Source: Candidatus Babeliales bacterium (lineage in GTDB: Bacteria; Babelota; Babeliae; Babelales; JANWKD01). From it: 64,000 nt of DNA. The notes below the pieces were generated by a model. It was given only the letters and a program-made list of their open reading frames with translations, made no database searches and was not told the origin of the DNA. The stretch's first letter is position 1. Each line of letters opens with the position of its first letter. The DNA lies in NCBI GenBank assembly GCA_963762115.1, contig CAVXJH010000005.1, forward strand, positions 113,812 to 177,811, read 5' to 3'. Position numbers and translations under genes: made by a program. Below, piece after piece: positions 59,611 to 64,000 of the stretch.

Positions 59611-59730
59611 ATGGTTGAACCCTTATTATCTGGCATTGTATTAGGACTTGTACCAGTAACACTGGCCGGCTTGTTTGTTACTGCATATTTGCAATACCGT
59701 CGCGGTGATCGTGTCACAAGCTCTTTTTAA
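59611..59730 (+). CDS. petG: Cytochrome b6f subunit V (not in the ORF track)
   Basis: [33 protein letters not shown]. Confidence 0.97.
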   Translation: MVEPLLSGIVLGLVPVTLAGLFVTAYLQYRRGDRVTSSF

Positions 59731-59905
59731 TAAAAAAGCTGTTCACTCTCTAACATCTTGAAATCTGATCTTCGCTCTTAGCGAAGATGAAGAAGGGGAT
59801 CCTTTCTTTTAACTTTTTTAGATTTATAAAGGTTATGAGATCGTGTCAATAAAGGTAACTGTCGAAGAAAAACGTGGCAGCAAAAATTCTAAGAACCTTT
59901 CTATT

Positions 59906-60001
59906 ATGATAACTGTTATAAGCTACATTAGTATACTTACTAGCTTCTTGATTTTCACAACAATCGTCTATTTAGGATTGCTAAAAATAAAACTTATTTA
60001 G
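59906..60001 (+). CDS. petL: Cytochrome b6f subunit VI (not in the ORF track)
   Basis: MITVISYISIL...YLGLLKIKLI*. Confidence 0.9.
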   Translation: MITVISYISILTSFLIFTTIVYLGLLKIKLI

Positions 60002-60701
60002 CCTTATTAGGTATTGGCTTGGGCTTGATTTTTAATTGTCCCCCCTTACCTCAAGTATTTTTTACGTCTCTCCCCTTTGCTCATTGTACTAATTGGGGTA
60101 GGGGTTTCGATGGCCACCCCCGGCCATCGAGGGGGCCCCTCCCAAGTACAATCTTAATTAGCATCCGTTTTGTAAAAAACGGAGAAGGGGTTTCGATGGG
60201 CCCCCCCTGGCCTTATCCATTTTGTTTACAAAATGTAAAGAAGGGGTGGCCATCGAAACCCCTTCTTAATCTTTATATTGTGTTGTAACAAAATAGTCAC
60301 ACCTTAGCTACACTCTAGTACAGACTTCAAGGGAAAAGACTGTTCAATTCTTAATGTACCGCTGCATTGAGGGGGCCTTGCATTATAAACAATGCTAAAG
60401 GCCCAAACTGCTTGTTTAGGTATTTTAGAAAAGATCACGCTTTTAATGTCTTAACGAAGCCTCTTGGGTCTTTGCATTGTCTTGGAGGCATCGCAAATGG
60501 TGAGGCTCCAGCCTCACCATCTGTGATGCCTCTTTCCATTTGGCTAACAAAATGTATAACGCTATCTGTGATGTCTCAAACGAGCGTTATGCGTTAATAA
60601 CGTAATTAATAAGCAACGTTTATCTTTTTTATAACAATTAATATTGTTATCGGTTGCTTTTACTGTAAAAGCTGGTATAATTGTTATTATTATTGAGACA
60701 A

Positions 60702-60775
60702 GGGCTTGTAGCTCAGTGGACTAGAGCACGTGGCTACGAACCACGGAGTCGGGGGTTCAAATCCCTCCTAGCCCA
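60702..60775 (+). tRNA. trnR: tRNA-Arg(ACG)
   Basis: GGGCTTG..ACG..CTAGCCC-A cloverleaf. Confidence 0.93.
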
Positions 60776-60963
60776 TTGTCATCAACCTTATAAACACTGT
60801 TGATATTACTCTTTTATTACTCTTTTATCATTCTTTGAACAAAGAGTGAGAGATCTAAAAACTAACGTGTTATACATTGCTTTAAGATTCTCGAATGAGA
60901 ATCTATGCTGATTAAGATTGTACTTCAGTACAATGACAATGTACAAAAGGTCTAAAGATTTTA

Positions 60964-61771
60964 ATGAATACAACGCGTACTATTGTTATTACTTCTGGAA
61001 AGGGAGGAGTTGGGAAGACGACAGCCACCGCAAACTTGGGCATGTCAATAGCTCGTCTTGGACACAAAGTCGCTCGAAAGATGCAGATATAGGACTGCGC
61101 AATTTAGATCTGTTGTTAGGGTTAGAGAACCGTATATTATATACAGCAATGGACATTCTTGATGGCCAATGCCGTTTAGATCAGGCAATGATTCGTGATA
61201 AAAGATGAAAAACTTATCGCTATTATCAATTTCAAAGAATAGGCAACGGTACAATGTAACACGTAAAAACATGGAGAACCTCGTAGCCTCTATCAGTAGT
61301 CTTGGATACAACTTTATTCTTATAGATTGCCCTGCGGGAATTGATGTAGGTTTTATTAATGCTATCTCGCCAGCACAAGAAGCTCTTGTAGTTACGACTC
61401 CTGAAATTACTGCAATAAGAGACGCAGATCGAGTAGCTGGGTTGCTGGAAGCTAATGGCATCTTTAATACCAAATTATTAGTTAATCGAGTCCGCACTGA
61501 AATGATACAGAACAATGACATGATGTCTGTAAGAGATGTTCAAGAGATGCTAGGTATTCCGTTATTAGGGGCTATACCTGAAGACACACATGTTATTATT
61601 TCCACAAACCGAGGTGAGCCGCTAGTTCTCAAAAAGAGATTGACACTTTCGGGAATTGCATTTGAAAATGCGGCTCGCCGTCTAATAGGGAAACAAGATT
61701 ATTTTATTGATCTGTCTTCTCCTTACAAAGGATTATTCCAAAGGTTTCAAGACATGATTTTTGGTGCATAG
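60964..61771 (+). CDS. minD: Plastid division ATPase MinD (frameshifts ~61075 and ~61207; start uncertain)
   Basis: [33 protein letters not shown] and RDADRV distributed over shifted frames. Confidence 0.92.
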
Positions 61772-62512
61772 AAGACGTTTAGGTTGATCGGAGATGGTGT
61801 TGGAGGAACCCTTAGGGACATGACCCAAAAAGCCTCTTTATATGCTTTAGAAAAGATGACGTTTTAACGTCCTAATGTGGGAAGGGGGCCCCCTTGCTGG
61901 CCTTTTGCATTGTCATTGTACTGAAGTACAATCTTAATTAGCATAGATTCTCATGCGCGAATCTTAAAGCAATGCATCGGGTGGCCATCGAACCCCCTAA
62001 CCCCAAAAGGTTACGCTTCTTGGTTTAGCCTATCGGGGGCCCGCAACAAACCCCAAACAATGAACAAGTAAACAAACAAAATGGTTTGTAAAAGATGACA
62101 TTTTTAATGTCATGAACAAAGCCTTTTATAGAGGGTAAAGCCGGGTCCCCGTGGTACCAGACGTCAACGGTTCTAATAGTCTACTGCTTCACCAAAAGTT
62201 TTAAAAGAAACCTTGTTTTTTTGAGTTCGGGATTTGATGGCCACCCCTTCTTTACATTTTGTAAACAAAATGGATAAGGCCTTTCGCATTGCCTGCAATG
62301 CAACTGGGTGGCCAACGAAGCCCCTTCTCCGTTTTTTACAAAACGGATGCTAATTAAGATTGTACGTTACTACAATGAGCGAAGGGGCGGTCCTACAAAG
62401 CATCCATGATAGGTGATGTGTCTCTAAACATTTAAAGTAGCCCCTCTTAGTTACATTTTGTAAATGTATTTCAATCTCTTGGAGGGGACCCAACGGAATG
62501 ACATGTAAATTT

Positions 62513-62701
62513 TTAAACTACAAAAGAATTAAGTACACCTACTAAGAATACTAGCAAAACCCATAACCCCAACCCTGAGAACACGGTCCCTTTGTTCTCT
62601 GTCCATCCTTGAGGTGAGGCAAATGCTACGGGAACTCCTACTACTAATACGAAAGACAATCCAACAAATGCAAACAGGGCTAACTGGAAAAGAAGAGTCA
62701 T
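62513..62701 (-). CDS. psbZ: Photosystem II protein Z
   Basis: MT..FQLALFA..LVVGVPV.FASP.GW..NK..VFSG..LW..LNS. Confidence 0.96.
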   Translation of the reverse strand: MTLLFQLALFAFVGLSFVLVVGVPVAFASPQGWTENKGTVFSGLGLWVLLVFLVGVLNSFVV

Positions 62702-63700
62702 ATGTTATTAATTAAATGGTTATCCATTTTGTAACCAAAATGTAAAGAGGTGAGACAGGAAATCAAAGCTTAACCTATCCGTTTGCTGTCTTATTAAACC
62801 CAAAAATATATTTGATACACATCAAATTGTTGCATCGCTTTAAAAATTACTAAGATTACAAAGTAACGCAAGCAAATCGATTTGAGTATTGGAAACGAGG
62901 GTAAAGGCCTTCGAATGTATCACAATGCAACTTGGAGTCAGGCTGCCCTTTCCGGCATCTTCCAAGAAATTTGAGCTTTTTGCTTACACTTGTTTGATCC
63001 CTTATATTACCTTAAATTTTCTAATGATACAAAATAATCTTAAGGTTAGGCAACAGCTTTAAGAAGAGTTGCTCTGTAGATCACTTCTTCGCATTTTGTA
63101 AACAAAAGGCGACGTAATATACAGAGCACCATAGAGTAGCAAATAGGTGCAATGTTGCAAGATAATCTAACTAAGATTATTTTAAACAACAAGAAACGTG
63201 ATTTGTTCTGTATTTATACACAAAGGTTTTAAAATATTTACTACATTACAGCAAATAGAAATTCCAAAATCTAAAGTCTTTCTAATATGTCATAGTATTA
63301 TTCTATCCGTAATGGACACATGAGGCTCTCTTGCGAAAGACAAACCATCGATTGTAGATACCCCCCTAAGAGAAACGTTAGTACAATGATCGAGGGGGTT
63401 TCGATGGCCACCCGATGCATTGCTTTAAGATTCGCGCATGAGAATCTATGACAATGCAAAAGGCCAGCGAAGGGGTCCCTCCAAAACCATTTGTGATGCC
63501 TCAGCACAATGGTAAAGGCCTTATCTTTTAAGCTACTTAGTAACATCGTTGCGCTAAGGTCTAAGATTTGAAAGATCTTCATGAACAGATTGTAAAAATT
63601 CACAATCTCTTGTTAGGTAAATTTCCAGAAAATCTTTGATATAGTATGTAGTTGACAGAGATAAAGCATCTAAAGTATTATAAGACAGGTATAATCTGGT

Positions 63701-63771
63701 GCGGTACTCGTATAATGGTAATACCTCAGTCTTCCAAACTGAAGCCAGGGGTTCGATTCCCCTGTACCGCT
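63701..63771 (+). tRNA. trnG: tRNA-Gly(TCC)
   Basis: GCGGTAC..TCC..GTACCGC cloverleaf. Confidence 0.9.
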
Positions 63772-64000
63772 TGTTGCCTTGCCTCTATAACAAAGATGGT
63801 AGAGAGAGCAATTATTTGTGAATAAGAAATTTGCTTTTAAAGTCGCGTTCTTAATTTCAGTAATAGAACCAATAGTGATCGTACCAAGATTACTAATTCT
63901 TTATTTTTTTGAAAAAAAAAGTGGTGCCTGAAACTATAGCTTTCCTTATTAACTCATTTCATTCTTGTAACAATTCATGTAGTGTATAACGTTTTAACGT

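Larger units (their letters stand above)
52780..63525. repeat. Family of dispersed palindromic plastid intergenic repeats
   Basis: Modules GCATTGCTTTAAGATTCTC..TGAGAATCTA, GGCCTTATCCATTTTG..CAAAATGTAAAGA, GGGGTGGCCATCGAAACCC and TAAGATTGTAC..GTACAATG recur in both orientations. Confidence 0.9.

Noticed and set aside
56138..60597. Short ORFs in plastid spacers (56144, 57245, 58542, 59180, 60019, 60367)
   Set aside because: They are translations of the repeat modules (recurring PYPFCLQNVKKGWPSKP).
53880..61210. Programmed frameshifting or RNA editing in accD, cysA, ycf3 and minD
   Set aside because: Indels are scattered with no shared slippery context; sequencing error is simpler.
52780..63525. 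CRISPR array among the repeated palindromes
   Set aside because: The repeats are dispersed, variable, in both orientations, without regular spacers or cas genes.
52221..64000. Photosynthesis genes as genuine genes of the bacterium
   Set aside because: Plastid-type CCA-less tRNAs, plastid repeats, indel errors and a junction cutting two genes point to a chimera; not accepted without spanning reads.

Overview
The window joins two unrelated genomes. Bases 1 to ~52220 are an AT-rich bacterial chromosome segment, most likely Candidatus Dependentiae (Babelota/TM6, intracellular parasites of protists). That assignment is inferred from the many signal-peptide proteins with DnaJ, WD40, ankyrin-like and glycosyltransferase domains. 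The segment carries groES-groEL, class I aldolase, ftsI/ftsL, rluD, mgtE, sppA, ltaE and a P-type H+-ATPase. From ~25.9 to 50.4 kb it is a stack of successive integrations at the 3' end of tRNA-Glu. The youngest is an apparently intact 7962-bp element (42411-50372) with a large serine recombinase (LSR), a gpII/CRI-like Rep, a toxin-antitoxin pair and secreted cargo. Integration splits the integrase gene: the integrated form stops inside the tRNA (..EQLWRP*), and the far att end holds a conserved in-frame C-terminal tail that excision would rejoin. An older sibling element (34841-~42000) and still older relics lie to the left. Each att site is preceded by a module made of a palindrome that pairs with the tRNA CCA end plus a small GIY-YIG nuclease gene, and this module looks like a second tRNA-end-targeting element. 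Bases ~52221-64000 are green-algal (Trebouxiophyceae-like) chloroplast DNA: truncated trnfM, accD, cysA, ycf3, trnN, trnY, petG, petL, trnR, minD, psbZ and trnG, with dispersed palindromic repeats and indel errors. The join cuts both a bacterial ORF and the tRNA and is most simply an assembly or binning chimera.
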